In this document: positions 39,775-53,615 of the stretch, piece by piece
Numbering within the stretch: position 1 is the first letter of the stretch
How the letters are laid out: the number at the start of each line of letters is the position of its first letter
Assembly: GCF_006345805.1 (NCBI RefSeq)
Contig: NC_043006.1
Span: 46,314,001 to 46,378,000 of the forward strand
Reading direction: 5' to 3'
Source of the DNA: Octopus sinensis
Taxonomy: Eukaryota
DNA: 64,000 nt
The notes under the pieces: model-generated
The model's input: only the letters and a program-made list of their open reading frames with translations
What the model was told of the DNA's origin: nothing
The model's database searches: none
Made by a program: the position numbers and the translations under genes

Positions 39775-39854
39775 CTAGCAGTATCGCCCGGCGTTGCTCG
39801 GGTTTGTAAGGGAAATAACTATATAAGCATTTTTAGAGAGTTACTTCCCTTATA
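39775..39854 (-). mobile_element. Helitron 3' end (same family as 4661-5054)
   Basis: CTAGCAGTATCGCCCGGCGTTGCTCGGGTTTGTAAGGGAAATAACTAT is the reverse complement of 5000-5054. Confidence 0.85.
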
Positions 39855-39934
39855 GATGCCAATTCGGGCTTTCTTAGCCATTTCTGTTTTGGTGTCTTCA
39901 AGCCATGAAGTCGTTGTTCTAAAAGAACGCTGGT

Positions 39935-40350
39935 CGATTAAATAAGTACCAGCTACGCACTGGGGTCGATATAGTCGACTTAATCCTATGTCTATCCTTG
40001 TTTGTTCTCTCTGTGGTTAGCCGCTTGTGGGTGGTAAAGAAATAGGTATTTCGTCTGCCGCTACGTTCTGAGTTCAAATTCCGCCGAGGTCGACTTTGTC
40101 TTTCAATCCTTTCGGGGTCGATTAAATAAGTACCAGCTACGCACTGGAGTCGATATAATAGACTTAATACGTTTATCTATCCTTGTATGTCCTCTCTGTG
40201 TTTAGCCTCTTGTGGGTAGTAAACAAATAGGTATTTCGTCTGCTGCTACGTTCTGAGTTCAAATTCCGCCTAGTTCGACTTTCATTATTTCGGATCGAAA
40301 GATGTAATCGACTAGTCCACTCCCACCAAATTTCAGATTTTGTGCCTTTT
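39935..40350 (+). mobile_element. head-to-tail concatemer of headless SINE family C units
   Basis: ~185-bp unit repeated with junction AAATA|GGTATTTCGTCTG. Confidence 0.85.
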
Positions 40351-40385
40351 GTAGAAAGGCTATTATTATATCATGCCATATGTTA

Positions 40386-40635
40386 TACAGGGTATTCAAA
40401 AAGTATCTTCACAGTTAATATGTTTACATCCTGACTCTCCAAGTGCAGGACTCACCAAGATGTATTTCAAACCATGTGTAGAAGAATCACACTACGTATT
40501 GAAAATGAAACTTATAAAGTTTTTTTTTAAGTTTTGTAAAAGTTTAATATATTCTTTTGTAGTCTTATACCATCTTAGAAATATTTATTTTGCAATAAAA
40601 TACTAACTGCGGAGAGACTTTTTGAACACCCTATA
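40386..40635. mobile_element. Tc1/mariner MITE
   Basis: ~30-bp imperfect TIRs CAGGGTATTCAAAAAGTATCTTCACAGTTA / TAACTGCGGAGAGACTTTTTGAACACCCT, TA flanks. Confidence 0.75.
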
Positions 40636-41246
40636 TCATATTATATTGATCGGATAAGAGAATTGAAGCGAGTAGTGAATAGATGTTTATTCCTATAGTT
40701 GACAGCTCGCTAGAGTTTGGGTCAATGCATGTGTGCACGAGAATATCGTCACGCAAATAAAGATATAGACTGATTTGTTCACTTAAACAAAACAATAAAC
40801 TTCTCCCGTTTATGAAATTACTATTTGATAAAACCATTTAGTGCGAAAACTGCTGTGCGTGTTCGTGTGCGTATGTATGTGAATGTATTAGTTGGAATGT
40901 GTCTGAGAATAGTCGTATGCGATGTATGCATGTGTATTGGTACCGTTTTCAATCGCCTTAGAATGATATATGTCCTAAATCAGCCGTGCATGAAATTAGA
41001 ATACTTTCGGCCGTTTTCCTATGCACCTAAGTACCTCTCTTAAAACAAATTCGTTGTTTTTAAGAATCTAGGGTTCCTCGAACGATATTCATTTTTCGTT
41101 ATTTCTCTCCATATTTTTCATTCTATTCACGTGTTCGATTATTTATGTACTTGTTTATAATTTTCTCCATCTAACATCATATCTTCATGATAACTTATAT
41201 TTTGTTATTTTATCTTTTATTTCTTGATATTACTATTAATTTTTTG

Positions 41247-41642
41247 CTCTTTTACTTGTTTCAGTCAAGTGACTGTGGCCATGCTGGAGCACCGCCTTTA
41301 GTCGAGCAAATTGACCGCAGGACTTATTCTTTGTAAGCCTAATACTTATTGTATCGGTCTGTTTTGCTTAACTGCTAAGTTACGGGGACGTAAACACACC
41401 AGCATCGGTTGTCAAGCGATGTTGGGGGGGGGGGGCAAACACAGACATACAAACATATACACACATATATATATGTATATATATACAAATATATGCGACG
41501 GTCTTCTTTCAGTTTCCGTCTACGAAATTCACTCACAAGGCTTTGGTCGGCCCGAGGCTATAGTAGAAGGCAATTGCCCAAGGTGCCAAGCAGTGGGACT
41601 GAACCCAGAACTATGTGCTTCGTAAGCAAGCCACTCCTACGC
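41247..41642 (-). mobile_element. SINE family A (short deletion in head)
   Basis: Match to 11161-11567. Confidence 0.9.
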
Positions 41643-41694
41643 TTATATTTACTTTATTGTATATACTTTTACATACATCGTATTTATCTACTAT

Positions 41695-41990
41695 GTTCGC
41701 CTTCTTAGAGCACTGCATAAATGGTAAATCCAGTGTTTGTACTGAGAAGATCTGCCGGCTACATTTACTGCATGCAACTGTCTAATGAAACCATGTGCTA
41801 CTTGTAGCAGAGTCTGGTGTTTTAACTGACCATGAAATGTTCTGAAGCGTAGTCTCTTCACTATGTTACAGCGACCCTTACCCATGTCTCCTCTTTCCAC
41901 GTGATCGGTGTCCAGCCAGCCATGTCCATCTACAACGTTCCTGCCGTTAGGCTTTCACTTCATACTCGCCAGGGCAATTTGATTCGCTCT
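41695..41990 (-). pseudogene. possible decayed RTE/BovB-like LINE 3' end
   Basis: Broken minus-strand frames MDMAGWTPITWKEE and STWFH*TVACSKCSRQIFS resemble the RTE C-terminal Cys motif. Weak. Confidence 0.3.
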
Positions 41991-42340
41991 CAGTCGAAAG
42001 ACGCCTGTTGTTATTTATTTTTGCTTGTATTCGTAATTGTATACCATGTTCTCCGTTTTTGTTTGTTTGTTTGTTTTTTGTCTTTGTAGCCGTATACATT
42101 CGCTAGATTTCTTACAAAGGGGTCTCATGCTCTTAGCTTAGACTTTATGGGGGCAACCAGATCGAACCATCTCAAGTGTAACTGCCCGAAATGGACGTGA
42201 CTTCTGGGACTTGAGTGATGAAAGAAAGCCAAGAATGACCCGTCTCTTTTTCCTGTCCTATTAATTGTTATTTCTCTTGTCTGCCTTTGTATCGTCTATC
42301 TGCCCGAACATTTTAATGTCCTCTATTGCGTTTTTGTTCC

Positions 42341-42381
<41 letters not shown>

Positions 42382-42411
42382 TATACATACTACACTACAC
42401 ACACACACACG

Positions 42412-42486
<75 letters not shown>

Positions 42487-43825
42487 GTTTATGTATGTGT
42501 ATGTATGTATATATGTATGTGTGTGTGTGTAGGGAGTTGTAGTTTCGCTTATGTAACTAAAATAAATTATGAAACAGCTGTCAACTAATATATTAAAAAT
42601 ATATTCTCTCACTTTGCTTCATTTATTTGATAGATTTGATTTTTATAAATACTGTATTCTGAAAGGACGTTGAGATTACATTCTAGACTTAAGCATGTTT
42701 TTTTCTCTATAGACACGCACAGGGTGGGGAGCTAGTTGTGAGTCCCGTTTCACTCTTTCAATCCCTATTCTTACACACACATACACACACAAACACATAC
42801 GTGTGTTTTTGCTCACGTTTGTGTATGTATGTATGTATATCCGTATATGAATGTATATTCTGTGTCCGGTATTGGTACTCGACAAGGGCGCATGAATATT
42901 ACACCGGTTCACTCTTGACACACTTAACGAAGAGATATTTTCATACAGTGGTCTTTGAACTCTTTTTTGTCTACGAGAGATTTCCAAAATTCCAATCATT
43001 ACAAATGTAATATTTCATTGACGTTATTGGCAATAAATCAATGACCCAAATCTTTTTCACTGCAATGTATTAAAAAAATCTAAATTTTATAGTGTAGAAC
43101 AACACAAACATACAATATGATTTGATTAATGGTTTTTAGAGAATCTTTGAAATATAAGCCTCACAAGGAAGATAGTAAAGTTAAAGGTAATAATATATGA
43201 AATTGTATTCATACATGATCGGTATAGATTTATGTTAAATATTTTGTTTTTGTTATAATAAAACGCATTGTGAACGCTGTTGTTTTAAATTCCATTCATC
43301 TAAGTCAAACAGTTATTTTCTATTATATTTCTTTTTTACTGTCGTAGTTTAGTCACAGTTTACATCAATCCATTAGTTCTGATTAAAACATCGTTTATTT
43401 CTTCATACATTCCCATCTATGACCACATTATACAATATGGACATTTCTCTTTCTTTTTTATTATATAGCGTGACTCGTGAAATATGTAGTTGAACATTGT
43501 AGCGGATCATAGGATTTTCTCGTTGTCCTCACGTTGGTTTGTTGTACAGCAGTTTCCGTACAATAATACATTAACCCGCATCAATATTTTATACAATATA
43601 ATAGTGAAAAATAACATTTATTGGTGTTTCACTTTTTCTGATATGAAATCACTTGTTTGGAAACAATATTCTCTGTAAGAATCTTATAAAATATTGATCA
43701 ATAAAATTCAGGATGAATATTGTCCGAACTGATACTTTTCCACAAATTGAATATGTCATATTCTATAGTCTGGGACTATTTTTTCTATCGTATTTATTTG
43801 ACGCAGTTTGTTGCAATATATTTTA

Positions 43826-44400
43826 TATTGGGCTGGGCTGTCCAGAAAATTCGTGCCGATTTTTAAAGGCAAGAAAAAAGGTCTATAAATATTTGCCATT
43901 ACATTTTTAATCAACCAAATATGAACCATTTTGTTGCACAATGCGTCTCCATCTTTCCTTTAACTTGAAAATACCCTCTTCCCAGAATTGAGGTGGTTTC
44001 ATGGCAAGGAATTCATCAAGGTATCTTTTTACGTCATCCAAGGAATTGAAATTTTTACCATTAAGATTATTCTGCAGAGACCTGAATAAGTGGAAATCCG
44101 AAGGAGCAATATCTGGTGAATATGGAGGGTGTAGTAACACATCCCAGCCGAGCTGCTGCAATTTTTGTCTGGTTCCCAAAGCATCAAGTGCCTAAAATGA
44201 GCTTTCTTATCTTCTACTTTAAAGGGTTACAGAATTAACACATGTTATAGGAACATAAACCTTTTTCTACGAAAAATAGCTTAAACTGTGCTCGAAATGG
44301 AAGTGTAGTCAAATCCTATTTTATGGAGTCAACCATGTTATAAAATAAGTCGAAACGTAAGCTATTATAAATCGGCACGAACTTTCCGGACAACCCGATA
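43826..44400 (-). mobile_element. internally deleted mariner element
   Basis: TIRs GGGCTGTCCAGAAAATTCGTGCCGATTT / AAATCGGCACGAACTTTCCGGACAACCC. Minus-strand WDVLLHPPYSPDIAPSDFHLFRSL...WEEGIFKLKERW C-terminus. Confidence 0.95.
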
Positions 44401-44489
44401 TTATGTTTATATTTATATTGTGTACATTATATGATAAACTGGTAGGGAATGTTGCTCATTTTATGACTATCATAATCATTCCTACCATA

Positions 44490-44665
44490 CGCTCAAGGCC
44501 TGACATTTTAGTGGGGTGGGGGTTGTAGTCTGTTACATTGAATACTGTGTTCAACTGGTACTTATTTCACTGACTCCGAAAGGATGAAAGGCAAAGTCCA
44601 CCCCGGCGGAATTTGAGCTTAGCAGCATTTTGTCCGGCATGTTAAAGATTCTGCCAGCGCGCAGC
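44490..44665 (-). mobile_element. old SINE family C copy
   Basis: GGATGAAAGGCAAAGTCCACCCCGGCGGAATTTGAGC core. Confidence 0.7.
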
Positions 44666-46352
44666 TTAATTTCACATCTATCAAAATGACGAGAGGAACT
44701 ATAACGACAACAACGTCCTCGACAAATAACAACACCATTAATATACTTTACAATATCAATATTGATTTCTAACACAAAGTCACTGTTTAGTGAAGCGGAA
44801 ATCGATTGTAATTCTCGACTGGTACTTGAATTGACCAACAAACTAAATTTGACGTCGGTTGGGTTTGAACTCAAAACGTAAACGTCTATAACGAGTAACC
44901 CAATAGTATTTTACTTGTGGGTTGAACACTTAACTGCCTGTAAAAAATTATATTAATACTATCGCTCGTAATCGAAGCGTAATTTAAATATTCCTAATTG
45001 TTTTAATGAACTTCATCAGAATACTACACTAGAAAATTCATATGGTAAATATTTCCCTACAGTTTTTTTGATTTACGTCAGTGTGCTTTCTTCAACAGTA
45101 ATATAAGGGGCGTTCACACAAGATTATTGTACTTTTATGAATTAGTATATCTGATGTTCTTGACCTATGTAGATGAACAGCATTCGTTCATGTAGGTCGG
45201 GAGATGCTCAACGTGGCTGATGGACTTACCAGAACAAACAACCATTAAAATTTGCCTTATCAAGAAATAAATAGAAAGGTTGCATAGGCAGTGCAGCTAC
45301 TGCATAGAGTGAAAAGCTGAGGGGGCCATAGTTACATTAGCAAGATGATCGGTCTGTGACATAAGGGCTGAATTAAGGAGAAACTCCACAAGCAAAAGGA
45401 TGCGATGATTCTTTTTTTATCAAATTCAAAAACGGAAGCCTTATAAATCTCAGCGATAGCTGTGGAATATTTTCAAATGCAAAGAAACCACTGCTAGCAC
45501 GGTATCATTTTCTGGGATGAACGTCACAAGTACGGAAAGTTTGGAGTTGAAGAACTTTGCCTGAAACACGCTTTTCATTTCGTAAAGATTAATAATTTGT
45601 TGCAATTTCTGAACAATTTATATTTATTATTTAATGACAGGATTGGCGAAATGAAGAACAACACCTTTATATAGAGGAAATATCACATCAGCAAAATAAT
45701 TATTCCGAAGAATTTCTTGGGCATCAAAGCAAGGGAAAGTGTAATTTGCTAGAATAAGCAAACACATTTAAAAAAATGGAGTTGATTATGAGAATATTAT
45801 TATTGCTCTCAACGCATTAACAGCGCCCTTATCGTATTTCATTTTAAAGAATTGAACTAGAAGTGAACAGATTTAAAAAGTGCACAATTAATAACGTGAA
45901 CATAATAACTGGTCTTCGTAGAATGCAGGGCGAATCGTTCATTAAGTAAATGCACATTTTGAGAGCAATAGTTGAGAAAGGATTACATGACGTTTTAGAA
46001 CAGTTTAAAAAGGCGATTATTTATATTGCATAGACACCCAAGAGAACTTCTGCTGCACAGTTTGGGAATTAAAACTGAATCATAAAGATAAATCAATTAT
46101 CAAAATAGCTACGATATTGTCGCTAGGGATTTGCTAATCTTTTAAATATAATTAATATAAATAAACGTACTTGAGTGAAAGCAAAATAAAATCATCATAT
46201 TTAATAAAATACAAATTTCAATTGGTATCGTAGTATGTATCACTCGCGTTATAACTATACCTAAGTCCGTATATGTATATATATATATACATGTATGTAT
46301 GTATATATATGCATGTATGTATGTATATATATGTATATTATATATATATATA

Positions 46353-46390
<38 letters not shown>

Positions 46391-46709
46391 TACACCGTCG
46401 GTTACGACAACGAGGGTAGCAGCTGATGCGATCAACGGAACAGCTTGCTCGTGAAATTAACGTGCAAGTGGGTGAGCATTCCACACACGTGTACCCTTAA
46501 CGTAGTTCGCAAGGGGATTCAGCGTGACACAGAATGTGACAAGGCTGGCCCTTTGAAATACAGGTACTACTCATTTTTGGCAGCTGAGTGGACTGGAGCA
46601 ACGGGAAATAATATGTCTTGCTCAAGGACACAACGCGTCGCAGGGAATCGAACTCACAACTTTACAATCATGAGTTAAATGCCGTAACCACTGAGCCACG
46701 CGCCCTCAC
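46391..46709 (-). mobile_element. SINE family D
   Basis: Reverse complement of 25427-25743, head GTGAGGGCGCGTGGCTCAGTGGTTA. Confidence 0.85.
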
Positions 46710-46755
<46 letters not shown>

Positions 46756-46806
46756 CACCTACACGCACACAAACATACATATGTGTGTGTGTGTGTGTGT
46801 GTGTGT

Positions 46807-47275
46807 CGATGTTCTGATCAATAAGTATCGAGAATGATGTTGTAAAAAGACAATTCCAGCATTAAATCTACTTGGAAGCAGTCTCTTTTCTGAAGGCGCA
46901 CACTTTATCCAGTGTCGTTTCCATTGATGGAAACATTCACCGCATTGTCTGAGATTTCCTCGATGTTTTGAATTCTTCACCCTTTCAAGTGGGATAGCTT
47001 TCAAGCCTTGGCTTCGGTCTCATAACCACACACTTACGGTGTGTCATCTGTTATGACCGTTTTTAAAAAGTTTTCGTCTTCCTTGATACGATCAAGGAGA
47101 CCCTGCATAGCTGAAACCCGATTTTTACTTCCAAGCACTATTATAAACAACCAAAATGATAGAGAACGTTATAACGTATTGCACATGCGCTACAGTGCTC
47201 AAGGGGAATCGGTAGCAAGCTGCTTAACTCCGCATACTTTACCTCTGTTACCCGGTACTTTCCGATCAGACCTTG
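46807..47275 (-). mobile_element. internally deleted mariner element (second family)
   Basis: TIR-like CGATGTTCTGATCAATAAGTATCG / GGTACTTTCCGATCAGACCTTG. Minus-strand LLDRIKEDENFLKTVITDDT..VCGYETEAK (ITGDETW region) joined to CFHQWKRHWIKC (C-terminus). Confidence 0.75.
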
Positions 47276-47859
47276 CATGTATATATGTGTGTGCGTGTGT
47301 GCAAGTGTGTACATTCGGCTATAATATATATATATGTGCATTTATATATATGGATATATTCAGTAAGTGAAAAGCAATAAGCTCGCGCGAGTGTGAGTGA
47401 TCATATGTAAAGTTTTAGCAATGTAATAATATGACCTTTACCACAGTATTTCATATAAGGGTTGAAGAATCCATCTGCGGTACTCCTCATGTTCGATAAA
47501 TAGGGAAGTTCAGTATTAATATCGCAGTGGGGAAATGTTGTTGCTAACTAACAGCGCATGCGTGATATACTATATAAAAGGTTGCAGAGGAACGTGTTTT
47601 TAAGTATACTACCACAAATCAATGACCCACAAAATAGTGTATTAAACATTAGCGCATAGTAATGAAGTTCTGATAAGTGGACAAAGCGATCTGAGAAGTG
47701 TCTTAAGCAAATATGGGTTCGCCAAATTCTATGTTGCTTAATGAAGAAAGTTCAGCCGATTTGAAGTGAGATTTACACTTAAGGTGGAGGCTAGGAAGCA
47801 TTTTGTAAGACGCTTAAAGAGTGCCGAACTGGTTGTTTTCCAGACTTTCCTTAGGAGGG

Positions 47860-48545
47860 CAGTCATCAAGATAAAGTGGTCTCACTATCAGTAGAAATTA
47901 AAATCTTCTTGCAAGCAGAATCTATTTTGCTCGACAGAGAAGGAAAACTTATATATGACAAGTTCAGAGGATGTAAAAAACCAAAAATTGTCGGGCATAG
48001 CGACGAACCAATCGGCTAAAACTAATCATGAAAGCATGTAAGGGCTCTCAGATAGAAACAGGCTCCTTGGCATCTGGAGTTTTGTCAAGCCCTCGAAGCG
48101 CTCGCTTGTTGGTCAACGCAATAGGTAGGAGTTTGACGTTGGCTATAGAGGTTTAGATTTTCTAGGGAAACTCGGGGCATCGACTAAGAATTAATTGACT
48201 GGTCTGTTCCGGACAAATTTTTGGGAAGGGAGCCTATGAATTATTTCCATAAATGCACAACTTGGCACCGATAATTGCCGTTATGAGAGAAATATCTCGT
48301 GAAGAGTTGCTTAGTTTGCATTTGTTTGGTAGCCCAAGGGAACTAAGGTGCATGGTGGACCACACTGAAAGCGGTTGAAGATGGATACCGTCATCTTTGG
48401 CTAAACCCTCATCAAATTCACATGAAATGAGAAATTGACATAGAAGCAAATTTGCTGAATGGTGAATAAACGTGGTGAGTATGGTCCGGGTTAAAGGGCC
48501 TTCTCTGAGCACATCGAAAAGTGACAGTTTGGAGAGGGTTCCCAC
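47860..48545 (-). pseudogene. possible decayed L1/Tx1-like AP-endonuclease domain
   Basis: Broken frames give SANLLLCQ, LCIYGNN, LDKT...FMISF..D and DHF in the order expected for ADIIFLQE, NIYGPN, LD..FM..LVD and SDH. Confidence 0.4.
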
Positions 48546-48699
48546 TCTGAGTGATCAGAGTGTCCGTGGTTACTGTGGTGTTTCCAAGAGAAGAGCTGGA
48601 GACTTGGTGGAATTTTGGTTTTTGTTTGTTAAGAATATTTCTGTTGTTTTGAATTTTTGTTTTCGTGGAAAATAGTATTTGATTTTGTATGAAATCTAC

Positions 48700-48859
48700 C
48701 ACTACTAATGCTACTACTTCTAGGGCTGCTGTTACCACCGCCACTACCACTACCACTACCACTACCACCACCACCACCACATCACTACAACTATTACTAC
48801 TACTAGGGTTGCTATTGCCAACACCACCGATACCCCACCACTACCCCAAAACCACCACC

Positions 48860-48923
<64 letters not shown>

Positions 48924-49040
48924 AGACTGCTGCTGCAGCTACTACCACTACTAATACTACTATTACTACTACCACCATTACAACTGCTGCTGCTGCTACT
49001 ACTACAACTACTATTACTACTACTACTACTACTACTACTA
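48700..49040. repeat. (ACT)n/(ACC)n/(GCT)n trinucleotide tract
   Basis: Seen directly. It produces the poly-Thr ORF. Confidence 0.95.
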
Positions 49041-49337
49041 CATCTTGGTATGATTCTTCACAAGAGCAATTGTTATCTTTTATTTGTATTAGTCCCTCCC
49101 TACTTCTATCTCTCTCTTCCGATTCTCTCTCTCTCTCTGTCTGTTTGCCTCACTATCTGTATCACTTTCTATCTGTCTGTGTGTATATCTCTCTTCTCTT
49201 TGAGTCTTTCTCCCCCATCTCTCTCTCTTTCACTATATATCTATCTCTATCTCTCCCACTCCTGAAAACATCCTTCCCTCTATAAATAGAGATTATTTAA
49301 TATCATTAAGCCAGTGAAAATATCAACCACTTCCAAA

Positions 49338-49388
49338 CCCCCATCGCCTGAAATCAACCCCCCACCGCCTGAAATCAACCCCCTGCCG
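49338..49388 (+). repeat. short tandem repeat, ~21-22 nt unit
   Basis: CCCCATCGCCTGAAATCAACC repeated about 2.4 times. Confidence 0.8.
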
Positions 49389-50181
49389 CTCTTACAATTC
49401 TAAAACACATAAGTTTCTGTATGAAACATGTAATCTTCAGGCTGTTATTGTGCAAGCAGAATTGGTTCTGCTGTTACACTAACTTGATCACTTACCGAAC
49501 ACTGTTATTAAATCCCATACACCTACAGTTGTTTTATGTTATTTCGAGTGTGTTTCTCTTGTTTTTAAAAGCGAAATCTATAATGATTTATTCATTATGA
49601 ATACAGGCTTTCAAACTTCTCATTGTTTACGCGAAGTATTACACAGTAATGGCATTCTATATTTTTAGGTTTGTGAAGTATTTCGCTATATGTATAATAA
49701 TAATTGGTTCTGCTATTCTTTGTATGATTTAGAGAATTACGTGTGAACTTCATTGTGTGTGTGTGTGTTGTGGAAATGTATTCGCGATTCTCTTTGTAAT
49801 ATTTTTTTTTGTTTTTCTATCGAAAGAGTGTGTTTGTTCGCGTATCCAATCTTATGTTTTATCCCATTAGTGATTGATGTGTATTTGTATATGCCTTAGT
49901 GTTAGCTTTCTCGTTATGATAGTGATTGCCTTGAATGAGAGCGTGTCTGTCTGTTTGTGTCTGTTTGTGATTGTGTGCATGCGGACGAATGTACATTAAA
50001 CAGTTGGGAATTATACACTAAGGTATATATATATATAAGTATACTTCTTTAACATTTGTATATCTCTAATAATGTAACGGCGTTACCATATACATTTTAA
50101 AAGCAAATAATTCTATGAGCGTGTATTTGTCCGTTGTGTATGAACGTAAATTTGCTATACATACATATACATATATATATA

Positions 50182-50320
<139 letters not shown>

Positions 50321-50448
50321 GTAGCTATCAATGTAGATGCAGGAATGTATGTATGCACACACACACAATCATACTTACCATTTCTTTTGTGCTTCGGCAT
50401 CTGTACATTTACTTGACTAAAATTTTCGGTATGTGTGTGTGTATGTAT

Positions 50449-50520
<72 letters not shown>

Positions 50521-50554
50521 ATATATATATGTGTGTGTGTGTGTACATATATAT

Positions 50555-50589
<35 letters not shown>

Positions 50590-51134
50590 GAGTATATATA
50601 CACACATATACATGCACATACATACGCACATAGGAGAACACACATATGCATTCTTACGGTTGTATGTATGTATGTATGTAGTATGTATGTATGTATGTAT
50701 GTATGTATGTATGTATGTATGTATGTATGTATGTATGCGTGTATGGGTCTTTACAAATATGGGTGCCTTTGGGAATGTCTACGGTTATGGATTTGGTATT
50801 GTATTTCCAATGAATTGAATTACTGATTTTAATTCTCATCAATTTCCTTTTCTATATTTCAAGATTTTTTTTATAAAAACATAATTCAATGAGAAATATA
50901 GCATAACTATGTTTCTAAATTAAGCGCATACTGGAATTACTCATGACATCCTGGTATTTAGTCAAATTGGTCTCTATGAATAATAGGGGCCAATTTATTG
51001 CTTTCCAAATATTTCTTATTTGCAAAAGTATCGTAGAATTTAACGACTAACATCCTTAATGTATAAAATCTGAATTATACTCAGAAATAAATTCCCTGTG
51101 AATGGAAATTTCTGTCTTCACTTCTTATATTATA

Positions 51135-51560
51135 TTGGTTTCAAACTTTGGCACAAGGCCTGCAATTTGCGGGGGTTGTGTGAAAGACGATTTCATTGAC
51201 CCCAGTGCTCAACAGGTAATTATTTTATCGAAACAAAAACAATTAAAGTTAAAGTCGACTTTGGCGGAATTTGAACTCAGAACACAACGGCGGACACATG
51301 TTCTTAGAACTCTGCACAACGAACTAATGATTTTACCAATTCGTTGATTTAATTATATTTATTTCTTTATTACCCACATGGAGCTAAGCTTAGAGGAGAC
51401 AAAGAAGGACAGACAAAGGGATTAAGTAGGTTATATCGACTCCAGTGCGTAACTGGTACTTATCTAATCGACCCCGAAAGGATCAAAGGTAAAGTCGACC
51501 TCTGTGGAATTAGAAATGGGAACGTAACGACATATACATGTTCTTAGCACTCTGCACAAG
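51135..51560 (-). mobile_element. two old SINE family C copies
   Basis: AAAGTCGACTTTGGCGGAATTTGAACTCAGAAC and AAAGTCGACCTCTGTGGAATT cores. Confidence 0.75.
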
Positions 51561-51946
51561 GTAATAATCATGCTATCGACTCGCTGTAATTATATTAAGT
51601 AACCTCTCGCCATGTTGTGGTTCACCTATCACGGCTCACCCATAGCGGTTTATTATTTAAGCTTACGTGGATTCTTCTGTGATGTTGTTTTGCATCTTTG
51701 ATGAAATGAATATATACTCTTTTACTCTTTTATTTATTTCTGTCATTTGACTGCGGCCATGCTGGAGCATCGCCTTTAATCGAGCAAATAGACCCCAGGA
51801 CTTATTCTTTGTATGCTTAGTACTTATTCTATCGGTCTCTCTTTTGCCGAACCGCTAAGTTACGGGGACGTAAACACACCAGCATCGATTGTCAAGCGAT
51901 GTTAAGGGGGACAAACACAGATACACAAACACACACACACACACAC

Positions 51947-52007
<61 letters not shown>

Positions 52008-52009
<2 letters not shown>

Positions 52010-52202
52010 ATCATCATCATCATCATCATGTGACCGACCAGGCTATCAGATGTTACTACACATCGCTGGTCACAATGCGTTCCGCATTGTTTTAGCTTTC
52101 AACGCTACCATGACCCCCCCGCTGGCTAAGTGAGCAGGCCAACAGAAAAAGTGAGAGAAAGTTGGCGAAAGAGTACAGCAGGGATCGCCAACACTCCCTG
52201 CC
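52008..52202 (-). mobile_element. SINE family B 3' part with (ATG)n tail
   Basis: Shares GGCAGGGAGTGTTGGCGATCCCTGCTGTACTCTTTCGCC with 53158-53200. Confidence 0.75.
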
Positions 52203-52209
52203 ATATATA

Positions 52210-52313
<104 letters not shown>

Positions 52314-52374
52314 TATATATATATAATATATATATATATACATACATACATATATACATATATATATACATATA

Positions 52375-52421
<47 letters not shown>

Positions 52422-52471
52422 ATATATATATATATACATAATACATATATATATACATATATATATATATA

Positions 52472-52956
<485 letters not shown>

Positions 52957-52997
52957 TATATATCTATATACATATATATATATTATATACATTATAC

Positions 52998-53034
<37 letters not shown>

Positions 53035-53220
53035 GGAGACGCAATGGCCCAGTGGTTAGGGCAGCGGGGTCGCGGTCGGATGATCGCGGTTTCGATTCCC
53101 AGACCGGGCGTTGTGAGTGTTTATTGAGCGAAAACACCTAAAGCTCCACTAGGCTCTGGCAGGAGTGTTGGCGATCCCTGCTGTACTCTTTCGCCACAAC
53201 TTTCTCTCACTCTTTCTTCT
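53035..53220 (+). mobile_element. SINE family B 5' part
   Basis: GGAGACGCAATGGCCCAGTGGTTAGGGCAGCGG...GGTTTCGATTCCC head, truncated at 53220. Confidence 0.85.
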
Positions 53221-53367
53221 GCCTCGATAGTGGAATTGGTAGATGGAAACTTAAAGAAGCCCGTCGTATTTATATATATTATATATATATATATATATAT
53301 TTATATAAATATATATAAATACGACGGGCTTCTTTAAGTTTCCATCTACCAATTCCACTATCGAGGC
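53221..53367. repeat. perfect 60-bp inverted duplication with 27-nt AT spacer
   Basis: 53221-53280 is the exact reverse complement of 53308-53367. Confidence 0.95.
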
Positions 53368-53615
53368 TTTGGTTGGCCCGAGGATGTAGTAGAAGACAGT
53401 TGCCCAAGGTGCCAATGCAGTGGGACTGAACCCGGAACCATGTAGTTCGTAAATAAGCCACTTACCACATAGACACTCTTACGCCTATTATATAAATTAT
53501 ACAAATTATAAAAATAAAAAAATACACTACTGTACTGTTTCTACTTCGCGGATTTTCACCAATCGTAGTGGGTTTTGGAAGGCATAATCCGCGATAATCG
53601 AGGTATTACTGTATA

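Noticed and set aside
42532-42586. GAAACAGCTGTC half-hammerhead with AGTT/AACT stem
   Set aside because: No CUGANGA strand is recognisable. At best a decayed remnant.
48689-49285. 198-aa Thr-rich mucin-like ORF
   Set aside because: Produced by an (ACT/ACC)n tract running into a (CT)n tract. No coding evidence.
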